The notes under the pieces were generated by a model. It saw only the letters and a program-made list of their open reading frames with translations, made no database searches and was not told the origin of the DNA. The position numbers and the translations under genes were made by a program. Of a stretch of DNA of 34,765 nt, positions 8,483 through 18,261 are shown piece by piece. Source of the stretch: Salinivirgaceae bacterium (GTDB taxonomy: Bacteria > Bacteroidota > Bacteroidia > Bacteroidales > Salinivirgaceae); the NCBI GenBank assembly GCA_035382785.1, contig DAOTAV010000001.1, forward strand, positions 1 to 34,765, read 5' to 3'. Numbering within the stretch: position 1 is the stretch's first letter; every line of letters starts with the position of its first letter.

Positions 8483-9061
8483 CTATTGTTTCACAAGTTG
8501 TACCGTCCTCAGGAGTTCTTGTTTCTTAAAGAACTGAAGAAGGTAAACGCCTGATGCCAATTTTTCAGTATTGATTAAAATTAATCTATCGGGCATTATT
8601 TCATCGTTTTGATCTTTAAGTTTTCCATTTAGATCAAGAATTTTCAATGAATAAACGCCACTCTCTGCATTCTCAAGCTTAATGATAACATAATCCTTTG
8701 TCGGATTAGGATAAACAGTAATAGAAGCTGAAAAATCCACCGGGACTACAATAACATCACCCGCAAGGCTTCCTTGTTGAAATCCTTGGGTAAGAATGAT
8801 CGTCTGATTTTCAGAAATCAAGGTTCCAATAACAGGTTCTCCTATTGTCCAACTAATGGAAATGCCCGAGCCGGAATGGGTATAATTTTGGCCACCGGCC
8901 GCAATCACCGAGTGAGAAATGCTTTGACCATGAATAAAACCGCCCTGAATCATAAATAGAAACATCAAAATCCACATTCCTAAAACCGAAGTTTTAATTC
9001 TTCTCCAACACCTTGTGTCTTTAGTTTTAGGATTATCAAAATGAATGTGAGCAAGTTTCAT
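8483..9061 (-). CDS. Small secreted protein with T9SS C-terminal sorting domain, function unknown
   Basis: 192 aa. Hydrophobic signal-like segment MWILMFLFMIQGGFIHG. C-terminal about 80 aa (VYPNPTKDYVIIKL...GVYLLQFFKKQELLRTVQLVKQ) is typical of type-A T9SS CTDs. The start is uncertain (alternative ATG at 8977). Confidence 0.7.
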   Translation of the reverse strand: MKLAHIHFDNPKTKDTRCWRRIKTSVLGMWILMFLFMIQGGFIHGQSISHSVIAAGGQNYTHSGSGISISWTIGEPVIGTLISENQTIILTQGFQQGSLAGDVIVVPVDFSASITVYPNPTKDYVIIKLENAESGVYSLKILDLNGKLKDQNDEIMPDRLILINTEKLASGVYLLQFFKKQELLRTVQLVKQ

Positions 9062-9235
9062 AGAATTTGATTTTTAGTTTTGATAATCAGATTTTTTCTT
9101 AGGATTGAATTCTTAAATTTACAACAAAAAAATCAAATTTAGCATAATCTTCGACAAAAAATATGTTAAAAGATTGTTATTTTCCACAATGCCTATTTTC
9201 AAACCAAAGGAAAAAGCCATTATTTTTGTGAATCA

Positions 9236-12200
9236 ATGCGAAAAGCCATTAAACGAATTCGAAAAATAGTTCCCTTAAGTTTTGCGGTGATATCACTATT
9301 GCCGTTCATTGTTTATTTATTACTGCTCGACCCAAAGATTCAAACTTTTATTGTTCAAAAAACTACGCGCTATATCAAAGATACTTATGGTTTGCGAATT
9401 GAAATCGGAAGCATTCAACTAAAGCCAATTTCATCGTTATTAATTAATAACCTCTTAGTTGAAGATTTGTCGGGCGATACATTGTTTTATGCCAGGAAAC
9501 TAAATGCCGGAATCCATAAAATAAAAATCGATGGACCACAACTTTTTTTCGATAAAATCGAACTTGACTCGATGAAGTTTTTCATGCGAACCGATAGTCT
9601 TGATAATTTTAACCTCGACTATGTGTTAGCCCTTTTTGAAGATTCTCTTCCTACATCCGACACTACTCCCTCCAATTTTCGTATTCATTCTCGAAAAGTT
9701 GTTTTGTCCAACAGCGAATATTTGCTTAAATCGTACAAACCTGAGAGTGTTGAAGGTATCAATTTCGAACACCTTCATATATTTCATTTGAACTCAACCA
9801 TAGCACCGCTTGATATTACCAATGACACTATAAAAATCAATGTTACTTCGCTTACAGCTCAAGATCATTCAGGTTTTACCTTAGATACGCTTTCTGCTGA
9901 GTTTATAATGGATCCCCAATCGCTCCGATTTGAAAATTTAAAGCTTAGATACGGCAATACATCTTTGGTAACCCAATATGTCAGATTGATAAAAATGTGC
10001 GATACAGCTTACAGCGATTTTCTCAATCAGGTTTCCCTCGAAACCAATATTTTAAAAAGCCAAATCGTAAGCGATGATCTTTGGTGGTTTTCCCCGGAAT
10101 TAAAACAAATCGGCTTAAGTTTCGAACTCGAGGGTTCAACAACGGGTTCTATCAATTATTTCAATCTGACCCCCATTTACATCAAACTTTTAGACAGCAC
10201 AACCCTACAACTTTCCGGCACAATTGAACAAATGACAGAAACGGAAAAACTTTTCGTCGATCTTAACTACCTCTCTGTTTCCACTACACCTCAAAATCTT
10301 AAACGGATCTCTTTGTTGAACGATTCCGTGGGGAATACTATTCTTCCCGAAGAAATCTTCAGGTTTTCCTACCTGAACTATGCCGGTAAATTTTCGGGTA
10401 CTCTCGAAAAATTCAATACTTCAGGATTGTTAAATACGAACTTGGGACAGATTATTCATCGATTAAGTTATAGTCGAGATAAAAATAGCAACACATCTTT
10501 GGAAGGACAAGTTAAACTTAATCGCTTAAACCTGGGACGCCTGTTAGAACTTGAACCGACCATGGGTCAAATCGATCTTGAATTGAATTTAAATGGTACG
10601 TTACATGCCGATAACACCTTTGCATCAACTATCCAAGCAAACATTGCGCAGCTCAATTTCAACCAATACAATTATAAGCATATTGTTTTAAAAGGGAATT
10701 TGACCGACAAAGCCTTTCAAGGAGAGTTTTCGGTTGACGACGAAAACCTCATGCTTTTTTTCTCGGGGAAAATTGAATACAATACCCCACAACTGCATCA
10801 ACATTTTTTGCTTCAACTCCCCAAAATCAACCTTTATGCCTTGCATTTCGACTCTGAACCACGATCAGTCCTTAGTATGAACATTGTGGCAAACTTCTAC
10901 GGACTTGACCTTGACTCCCTTTTAGGTAAAATCAATATTTTTGACTTTACCATCCAAAGAAGAAATAAAGAAACCACTATTACTACGGCTAAAATAGGCT
11001 TTGAACACGACAGTGCAGGTAGAAAACTTTATATCACAAACCCCTTGTTCTCTTTAACTCTTTCAGGAAATTACTCCTACAACACCATCTCCGATATTTT
11101 TAGCAATGCCATTAGTAAATATGCTCCTTCGTTAGCATGGACGAATACACCGGTGGATAAAAACGACCCAACCCATGTGAGCTTAAAAATCAATTTAACC
11201 GATATTCAACCATTAATCACTATTTTTGACACAACACTAATTGTAAGTAAAAACAGTAACTTTGAAATAAATTATCGTCACTTTGATCAAAAGTTTGAGC
11301 TTAAAGGACAAATTGCCAACATCATCTACGGCGACCAGCATCTAAATAACATCCGGTTAACCGGCTTCAACGATGAGAAAATAATATCAACCAGCATTGG
11401 TGCATCGCATTTTTTCTACACTAAAGATTATTCTTTGAAAAACCTTACCCTGAGTAGCATCATCCACGAAAATAAAATTATTGCACACATTAATTGGAAC
11501 AATTATAACCGTAGCGATACAACAAACTATAGTGGATATATTGCTTCTCAAATCATTCTTTCCGACAGCAACAGTTTTAAAATTTCAATACAGCCATCGT
11601 TTGTGGTCATTTCCGACACAACATGGAATATTGCCCCTGCCACAATCAATATCAAGGGCGATAATATTGAAATTGATAAATTCGATATCAGTTACAGGAA
11701 CCAACATTTAAAAGTTAACGGAAAAATTTCAAAGAATCCAGAAGACAATATATATATTAAAACACAGAACATAAATCTTGCAATGGCCAATATATTGCTG
11801 GAAAAAATGGCGGACATCACCATTGGAGGAAAACTCTCGGCTGATGTTACAGCCTCTAATTTATATTCCAATCCGTTTGTTCTGGCACAAATTGAGTTGG
11901 ACAAGTTTTCCTACAATGGTCAATTACTGGGAGATACAAAAATCACCAGCCATTGGGATTCCTTTTTGGAAATGATTCATGTGGATTGGGTAACCTCCAT
12001 TAACAACTACGACGTGTTTTATATTGTAGGAGACTATGATCCTAATCGATCGTTTGTCAATTTCAGACTTTTTATGGATAGGTTTAACCTTATGACCATA
12101 GCCCCTTATCTGACAGGGACAATCAACAATCTTGAAGGATTGATGACCGCAGAACTAATCATTAAAGGAAAAATTGATGCCCCCAAAATCGAAGGTGTAG

Positions 12201-13660
12201 TGATATTTGATCGGACTACCTTCGAAGTCGATTACACCAAAACCCGTTATCAAATTACCGATTGGCTTGATATATCTCCCGAAGCTATCATTTTCAGCGA
12301 TTTCAGAATTGTTGACGAAAACAATAATTTTATTCTTTTAAACGGAAAACTGTCGCATACCAATTTCGACAATTTTGTCTTTGATTTGAAATTTAACGCT
12401 CGAAACTTTATGTTTTTAAACACCCTTGAAAAAGACAATCCGTCGTTTTTTGGTTCAGTATTCTGTTCAGGAGAAGGAGCCATCACCGGTCCACTAAACA
12501 CTATGGACATAACCGCCAGTAATCGAACCGAGAAAAATACACGAATTTTTATTCCTTTAAATTCAGGAGCAACAGCAACAAAAGCCAATTATATACGATT
12601 TGTCAATACTCCCCAAAAAGATATAAGTGTGGATAAAGTTGTGGCTGAAACACCCAAATCCTCAAACAATGAGGAAATTGAACCCAACATAATGTTAAAC
12701 CTTGAAATTACTCCCGAGGCAGAAATTCAAATCATTTTTGACCCAACCATTGGAGATATTATCAAGGCCAAAGGCTCGAGTAATTTGACCATTTATATGC
12801 CAAGAGGTCAAGATATTGAGATGTTCGGCGACTACATTATCACCGAAGGAGATTATTTGTTTACGTTGCAGGATATTTTCCAAAAACGTTTTTCCATAGC
12901 TAAAGGAAGCACCATAATGTGGTCGGGAGATCCTGCCAACGCAAACCTCGAAATTGATGCTATTTACAGAGTAAGAAGAGCATCACTCTATGAACTTACT
13001 TACAATCAGGCAGATCAGGAGATACGTGTGAATGCCGATGCTCATCTGATTATGGGTGGAACGATCATGAATCCAACCATATCGTTCAAGATTACCCTTC
13101 CGTCCACCTCAGAAGAAGCTCAGGATCAGCTTAACAATCTTCCGCACGACGAAATCAGCAAACAAGTTATATCGCTTTTGATTCTTAATCGCTTCCAACC
13201 GCTGCCTGGAGCTGTCAAAACAGCCGATGCATCTGGTCTCACAGGTGTTGAAAGCAATGCAAGTGAGTTACTTTCAAATCAAGTAAGTAACTGGCTTTCT
13301 CAGGTATCAAACACGTTCGACATTGGATTTAACTATACCCCGGGAGGTCAAACCAACAGCCAAGAATACGAATTTGCTGTATCAACTCAGCTGCTTAATA
13401 ACCGTGTAACAATCAACTCAAACATAGGTGTCGGTGGTCAACAATTATCAACCGTTCAAAGCGGAAGTAATCTTGCCGGCGACTTTGAGATGGAAGTAAA
13501 ACTCGACCAACGCGGACGAATTCGTGTAAAAGGTTACCAAAAAATCGACAATAGAATAGATAATCATTCGAAACAAGGTGCCGGAATTTTCTATCGTGAA
13601 GAGTTCAACACCCTGTCGGAACTTTGGGAAAAATTCTTTAAAAAGAATTCTCCCAAATAA
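9236..13660 (+). CDS. tamB: TamB-like translocation and assembly module protein (AsmA superfamily, DUF490-type C-terminus)
   Basis: 1474 aa. Single N-terminal membrane anchor (VPLSFAVISLLPFIVYLLLL), a very long beta-rich body, and a conserved-looking C-terminal region (...LLSNQVSNWLSQV...FEMEVKLD). Size and architecture match Bacteroidota TamB homologs. Confidence 0.75.
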   Translation: MRKAIKRIRKIVPLSFAVISLLPFIVYLLLLDPKIQTFIVQKTTRYIKDTYGLRIEIGSIQLKPISSLLINNLLVEDLSGDTLFYARKLNAGIHKIKIDGPQLFFDKIELDSMKFFMRTDSLDNFNLDYVLALFEDSLPTSDTTPSNFRIHSRKVVLSNSEYLLKSYKPESVEGINFEHLHIFHLNSTIAPLDITNDTIKINVTSLTAQDHSGFTLDTLSAEFIMDPQSLRFENLKLRYGNTSLVTQYVRLIKMCDTAYSDFLNQVSLETNILKSQIVSDDLWWFSPELKQIGLSFELEGSTTGSINYFNLTPIYIKLLDSTTLQLSGTIEQMTETEKLFVDLNYLSVSTTPQNLKRISLLNDSVGNTILPEEIFRFSYLNYAGKFSGTLEKFNTSGLLNTNLGQIIHRLSYSRDKNSNTSLEGQVKLNRLNLGRLLELEPTMGQIDLELNLNGTLHADNTFASTIQANIAQLNFNQYNYKHIVLKGNLTDKAFQGEFSVDDENLMLFFSGKIEYNTPQLHQHFLLQLPKINLYALHFDSEPRSVLSMNIVANFYGLDLDSLLGKINIFDFTIQRRNKETTITTAKIGFEHDSAGRKLYITNPLFSLTLSGNYSYNTISDIFSNAISKYAPSLAWTNTPVDKNDPTHVSLKINLTDIQPLITIFDTTLIVSKNSNFEINYRHFDQKFELKGQIANIIYGDQHLNNIRLTGFNDEKIISTSIGASHFFYTKDYSLKNLTLSSIIHENKIIAHINWNNYNRSDTTNYSGYIASQIILSDSNSFKISIQPSFVVISDTTWNIAPATINIKGDNIEIDKFDISYRNQHLKVNGKISKNPEDNIYIKTQNINLAMANILLEKMADITIGGKLSADVTASNLYSNPFVLAQIELDKFSYNGQLLGDTKITSHWDSFLEMIHVDWVTSINNYDVFYIVGDYDPNRSFVNFRLFMDRFNLMTIAPYLTGTINNLEGLMTAELIIKGKIDAPKIEGVVIFDRTTFEVDYTKTRYQITDWLDISPEAIIFSDFRIVDENNNFILLNGKLSHTNFDNFVFDLKFNARNFMFLNTLEKDNPSFFGSVFCSGEGAITGPLNTMDITASNRTEKNTRIFIPLNSGATATKANYIRFVNTPQKDISVDKVVAETPKSSNNEEIEPNIMLNLEITPEAEIQIIFDPTIGDIIKAKGSSNLTIYMPRGQDIEMFGDYIITEGDYLFTLQDIFQKRFSIAKGSTIMWSGDPANANLEIDAIYRVRRASLYELTYNQADQEIRVNADAHLIMGGTIMNPTISFKITLPSTSEEAQDQLNNLPHDEISKQVISLLILNRFQPLPGAVKTADASGLTGVESNASELLSNQVSNWLSQVSNTFDIGFNYTPGGQTNSQEYEFAVSTQLLNNRVTINSNIGVGGQQLSTVQSGSNLAGDFEMEVKLDQRGRIRVKGYQKIDNRIDNHSKQGAGIFYREEFNTLSELWEKFFKKNSPK

Positions 13661-13668
13661 TCGTACTT

Positions 13669-16600
13669 TTATTGTTGTTTTACCGGCTTTTTAACCTCCC
13701 GACGATCTAAAGCTGTACTGTAATTTACCAATTTGGGATGAAATATTAAGTTAAGCCCTTGCTCCTGAACCTTTATTTCCGCAGTCATAATGCGTTGCGC
13801 CCGTTTATTGTCAAATCCATATTTCGATTCTCCATTACGATTTAGAGCCAAAAGATACAATCCTTTGCGTTCACTGCTTTTTTCGTCAGTAAAGAGGTCT
13901 GATTCCTTTCCTTGAGCCTTTAGTAATTTATCTGATTTTCCAAGCAATGCATCACCCAAATGAACCTTCAAGTGTAGTTGATAGTCATCGCCAAAACTAA
14001 CCATTCCAAATGCGGATAAATCGGCAGCCGTACTAACAATATCGGTTTTGGGGAAATAAATCTTGTTGTCGTAAATAAATACTCCACTTTCAAAAGTCTT
14101 GAAAACAATGTTTTCCAACTCCCTAATGTTAGTAAACTTCCCTAATTCTTTAATTGGCTCGTAATCATAAATTCCTCCGTTTTCAAGCTTAAAGCGTCCT
14201 TTTACCATCAACTTATCGTAAAGCAAACTATCTCCAATCATAACAACTCGGCCATCAATATATGAGGTAATATTTCCACTGATGTTTTTGTGTGTAAAAT
14301 CGGTTTGGTAAAAATCGTCGTTCTCTTTGAGCAAGGCATGAAGATTCACATTCTCCATTTCGTTTTTCAGTGTGATAATTTGCTCAGGATAGTTGCGTGT
14401 GTCATACACGGCCGAGGTTTTTATGGTTCCGCCAAATGCATTAAACACAAAATTATCAACAACATATAAACTATCGTCTATTCTGAAAAGGGTCTGAAGG
14501 TTACTCAGAACCATTTTTTCGTAAAGCAACTGTTTCATCGAAAATTTTCCTCGAACAATTAGCGGGGGGAAGTATTCTTCGGGTGTTGAACCTTCACTTT
14601 GTGGATTATTTTCTATGCTTTCGTTCGCTTTTCCTTCAACATTTTGTTGTTCTGTAGTTGTATTGTTAGAAGCTAAATTTTGAGCAGTGTCTTCAGGTGT
14701 TTCGAACATTGGAGCAAATCGGTTGTAGTCAAATTCGCCCAACGATACATCGGTTTGGACAATAAGCGGAAGATCCTTTTGTTGTAGGAAATAGGCTTTG
14801 TAAATATTCCATATTTGGGTTGAATCAATATCAATAGTAACACCATACCATTCTCCTGTCAATTTTTCTACCCGTAATGTGTCATTGGCCATCTGCAATG
14901 TAAGTGACAGTCGGTCGATTTGTGAAATCGAATCATCAAACAGTTTGAAAGATAGATTTTCTACTTTTGAACTTATTTTTGTCTGTTCAAAAAGGATTTT
15001 ATAAATAATAGTTGCGTCAATTGAGTCGAAATTAAGAGTTCCAAAGCTTTCAATCTCTGTTTCAACCTTTCCTGAAATAGATTCAAAGATTGAGTCGGGA
15101 ATTAAAGGTTTAATTTTATCAAAATCAAGGCTGATTTTTGATGTTAGCGAATATTCCGGTTTCGACAATCCTTTTAAAGAAGCATTTCCTGCAAGTTGTA
15201 ATCCGGGGATATTGAAAGAAAATCGTTGAAGATCAATCAATAATTTTTCAAAATTATCAAAATTGCCGATAAACTTTGTTTCAAAAGATGAAGGTTCGAT
15301 TTGAAGTTGATAGCCCGGGGCTTTGAGTGAAAGTCCATCAATCTTTAACCGTTTGTCCTGATGATAAGTTAACCGAAAGTTTAAATCACGAAATTCGTTG
15401 ACAGAATCAATTTGAGCGTGGATATTCTTAACATTAAACATCAAATTGGTACGTTCGAGAAAGTAGTTCAGATTTTGTTCGGGATTAACCGGTAGAATTC
15501 CCCACGTGGAAATATCGAAATCAAACACCCCGGACAGAGTCTGAACAACATCCTTAGGAATAAACGTTTGCAAATCGACAAGATTGACCGTTCCCGATGT
15601 CTTTAGTCGATAGCTGATTCGATCAAGATTAGAAACACTACCCGCAAAGGTTAATGACGAGTGTGGTAACCGAAGATCACATTGTTTAATGACGGTGGCG
15701 AATGTGCTTAAATCGTTCGGATTAGCTATTGAAAAATCGCCTGAAATCGAGAAATTCTTTATTTCAGGCATTTCCATCATCGAAAGTGCAACATCCGAAA
15801 CTGAAAAGCTTCCTCCAACAGAAGGCAAAAGCAGCGTGTCAAAATAATTCCCATCGATGGTTGCTTCCATATTCATACTTCCTGACAACGATTTTATTCC
15901 CAAGTCGTTCGTCATCTCGGAAGGCAGATAAGACAACAAGCTGTTGAACAAGGCATTTTTTAAAGATAGGGAAAGATTTAATCGCATTGTGTCAGATAAT
16001 TCTACCGAACCTTTGGCGGAAAGCATCATTTCATCGATCATTAGACTAAAATCAGAAATCTCGGTTTTCCCATTATTGTATGCAACGTTGACGTTTCCCT
16101 TAATTGAGTTGATTGATTGTAGATTGTAGTCTTCGTACATTATGTTTGACAAAAGAAATGATCCTTCAACAACCGATTGAATGCTATCGTTGTGGATTTG
16201 TGCATTGATATTCATTGCCGGTATAAACACTTTGGCAACAATCCGTAGGGATTGATCGGCGAAATTAATATTGATTCGGTTTAATGAAAGATTGGAAACC
16301 AAAACCCACAAATCTTTCGCCGGAGTGGTATCGACTTTATCGGCTTCTGTAGGGATTGAATCTGATGCCATTAAGAAGTCAAAATTGGATCGTCCAAGCG
16401 AATCGATACAATAGTTAGCCGTAAATCCATCAATTTCTATCTTGTTTATTTTTATGCGATTATCCAGTAAAGGTTTGATTGCAACTGCTACATAAAATTT
16501 ATCAAGCTTAATCAGTCCTTGAGTTGAATCAGCAAAGCAATATGTTGCCGTATCGATCGTAGATTTTCCGAGTGTCAGGCCCGATAATTCCACGGTTAAA

Positions 16601-16812
16601 TCAGGGAAATTTCGAAAATATCGAATTGTCAGATTTTCAACATGCAAAGGAGCGTTGATGGTTGATGAGACTTCTTTCAGAACCCTTTGGATAATTGCAT
16701 TTTCAGAGTTTAGAACTATGGCTAAAAGAATAGCAACTAAAATCAATAACACAATTGAAGCAAAAGCGACAATCTTGCCAACTTTTCTAAAAATACGCTT
16801 CATATTCCTCAT
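13669..16812 (-). CDS. AsmA-family outer-membrane biogenesis/lipid-transport protein
   Basis: 1047 aa. N-terminal anchor IVAFASIVLLILVAILLAIVL followed by a long repetitive beta-rich region. The architecture is typical of AsmA-like proteins. The assignment rests on architecture, not on a sharp motif. Confidence 0.65.
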   Translation of the reverse strand: MRNMKRIFRKVGKIVAFASIVLLILVAILLAIVLNSENAIIQRVLKEVSSTINAPLHVENLTIRYFRNFPDLTVELSGLTLGKSTIDTATYCFADSTQGLIKLDKFYVAVAIKPLLDNRIKINKIEIDGFTANYCIDSLGRSNFDFLMASDSIPTEADKVDTTPAKDLWVLVSNLSLNRININFADQSLRIVAKVFIPAMNINAQIHNDSIQSVVEGSFLLSNIMYEDYNLQSINSIKGNVNVAYNNGKTEISDFSLMIDEMMLSAKGSVELSDTMRLNLSLSLKNALFNSLLSYLPSEMTNDLGIKSLSGSMNMEATIDGNYFDTLLLPSVGGSFSVSDVALSMMEMPEIKNFSISGDFSIANPNDLSTFATVIKQCDLRLPHSSLTFAGSVSNLDRISYRLKTSGTVNLVDLQTFIPKDVVQTLSGVFDFDISTWGILPVNPEQNLNYFLERTNLMFNVKNIHAQIDSVNEFRDLNFRLTYHQDKRLKIDGLSLKAPGYQLQIEPSSFETKFIGNFDNFEKLLIDLQRFSFNIPGLQLAGNASLKGLSKPEYSLTSKISLDFDKIKPLIPDSIFESISGKVETEIESFGTLNFDSIDATIIYKILFEQTKISSKVENLSFKLFDDSISQIDRLSLTLQMANDTLRVEKLTGEWYGVTIDIDSTQIWNIYKAYFLQQKDLPLIVQTDVSLGEFDYNRFAPMFETPEDTAQNLASNNTTTEQQNVEGKANESIENNPQSEGSTPEEYFPPLIVRGKFSMKQLLYEKMVLSNLQTLFRIDDSLYVVDNFVFNAFGGTIKTSAVYDTRNYPEQIITLKNEMENVNLHALLKENDDFYQTDFTHKNISGNITSYIDGRVVMIGDSLLYDKLMVKGRFKLENGGIYDYEPIKELGKFTNIRELENIVFKTFESGVFIYDNKIYFPKTDIVSTAADLSAFGMVSFGDDYQLHLKVHLGDALLGKSDKLLKAQGKESDLFTDEKSSERKGLYLLALNRNGESKYGFDNKRAQRIMTAEIKVQEQGLNLIFHPKLVNYSTALDRREVKKPVKQQ

Positions 16813-16857
16813 AAAATAACAATTTTTAAAATAGCGATAAATTTATATCCAAAACAA

Positions 16858-17379
16858 TTACAGTTTGTGTCGGAAACCACGTTTACGAAATTTCTTCAGC
16901 GTAGCCTCAATTTCCCTTCCACGGAGATTCTCTGCAACGATTGTACCCTTTCCATCAATTAAAAAATTATAAGGAATAGCTCTAATTCCATAATCAATAA
17001 CCGCCTGATTACGCCATCCTTTAAAGTCAGTTCCATGATATGACCACATGAGTTTATCCTCAGCTATGGCAGCCTTCCATCGTGCAGTATCGGTGTCGAG
17101 TGTAATACTAAAGATTTCAAAACCGTTTCCGTTTTCAAATTCAGCTTTATTAAAAGTACGATACGCTTCAATTAAAAATTGCGATTCTTTACGACATGGA
17201 ACACACCACGACGCCCAAAAGTCAACCAAAACATATTTACCGACTAAATCCGACAACTTAATCTGTTCCATCGTAGGAGAATATTGCACTATTTCAACCG
17301 CTTTTTTCCCAATCCATTGTTGCTGGGCAAACGTTAATACTGGAAAGATAGTTAAGCAAAGGAAAAGATTTTTTTTCAT
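16858..17379 (-). CDS. TlpA/ResA-like periplasmic thiol-disulfide oxidoreductase (thioredoxin fold)
   Basis: WASWCVPCRKE CXXC active site. Signal peptide MKKNLFLCLTIFPVLTFAQ begins at ATG 17379. The ORF-track start at 17454 adds 25 non-signal residues and is less likely. Confidence 0.85.
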   Translation of the reverse strand: MKKNLFLCLTIFPVLTFAQQQWIGKKAVEIVQYSPTMEQIKLSDLVGKYVLVDFWASWCVPCRKESQFLIEAYRTFNKAEFENGNGFEIFSITLDTDTARWKAAIAEDKLMWSYHGTDFKGWRNQAVIDYGIRAIPYNFLIDGKGTIVAENLRGREIEATLKKFRKRGFRHKL

Positions 17380-17525
17380 GGCATTGATCTTAATTCTGTC
17401 AATATTTTCTTTTTTGGCTGCAATCAAACTTAATTCACAGTAAGTTAATTCCAATTTTTAAAATGAGCATTGAGAAACAAAAATTTCATGTTTTAAGTTT
17501 CGCAAATATTATTCAAAAAAAGCAA

Positions 17526-17554
17526 TTTGGCAACCGCAAAAATATTTATATTTG
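17526..17554 (+). promoter_or_regulatory. Candidate Bacteroidota sigma-A promoter (-33 TTTG / -7 TAnnTTTG) for the nuclease-nupC-rnhA-pabAB run
   Basis: TTTG at 17526..17529 and TATATTTG at 17547..17554, with a 17-nt spacer that is slightly short. It lies 30 nt upstream of ATG 17584. Confidence 0.4.
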
Positions 17555-17583
17555 TGCCACAGTGTAAAATGAAACATGGTTGA

Positions 17584-18231
17584 ATGAACAAAGTTAGATT
17601 ACGGGTACTTGGGATATCCTACAGTCAGACACAATCAGGCGCTTATGCTCTGGTATTAAAGGAGGAGAATGGTAATCGGCGTATCCCTATTCTCATCAGA
17701 GGATTTGAAGCTCAGGCTATTGCTATACAAATGGAAGGACTAAAACCCCCAAGACCCTTGACACATGATCTATTTTTGAGTTTAGCATCAGCATATAATA
17801 TTTCTCTAGTGGAGATATTTATTCATCGACTGGAAAATGGAGTTTTCCATTGCGAAATAGTTTGTGAAAATCAAAATACCCGCGTTAAAATTGATTCCCG
17901 AACATCCGATGCTGTGGCATTAGCCCTACGATTCAACTGCCCAATCTATACTACGGAGGATATACTGCAAAAAGCAGGTATCGCGGTTGATATCGAACAA
18001 GAAGAACGGCAAGCCGGAGTTAAAAAAAAGCGGGGAAGTTCAAAAAGAGCGCAAGAAAACGATGAAGAAGACGATACGATAAAAAAAGAAGAAAATCCTT
18101 TTGAATCGTTTTCCGATGAGGAACTGCAGGAACTTCTTGAAGACGCCATTGAAAAAGAAGATTACGAATTTGCCTCTCATATTCGCGATGAAATCAATCG
18201 TAGAAAAACTCAACGAGGTGGCAAAAAATAA
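17584..18231 (+). CDS. Bifunctional nuclease family protein (DUF151) with C-terminal UVR domain
   Basis: 215 aa. The PRPLTHDL motif is characteristic of DUF151/BFN nucleases. An acidic linker precedes a UvrB/C-type motif (EELQELLEDAIEKEDYEFASHIRDEINRRK). Confidence 0.8.
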   Translation: MNKVRLRVLGISYSQTQSGAYALVLKEENGNRRIPILIRGFEAQAIAIQMEGLKPPRPLTHDLFLSLASAYNISLVEIFIHRLENGVFHCEIVCENQNTRVKIDSRTSDAVALALRFNCPIYTTEDILQKAGIAVDIEQEERQAGVKKKRGSSKRAQENDEEDDTIKKEENPFESFSDEELQELLEDAIEKEDYEFASHIRDEINRRKTQRGGKK

Positions 18232-18261
18232 ATAGCTTTAAACCATTAATCAGATTGGAAA

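Noticed and set aside
9221-9228. TATTTTTG 8 nt upstream of the tamB ATG as a -7 promoter box
   Set aside because: It matches TAnnTTTG but lacks a -33 TTTG at the proper spacing. It would also imply an essentially leaderless mRNA. This is too weak to list as a feature.
17048-17443. 131-aa ORF (+) overlapping the TlpA-like gene
   Set aside because: It is antisense to a CDS with a clear CXXC thioredoxin motif and signal peptide. No features of its own.
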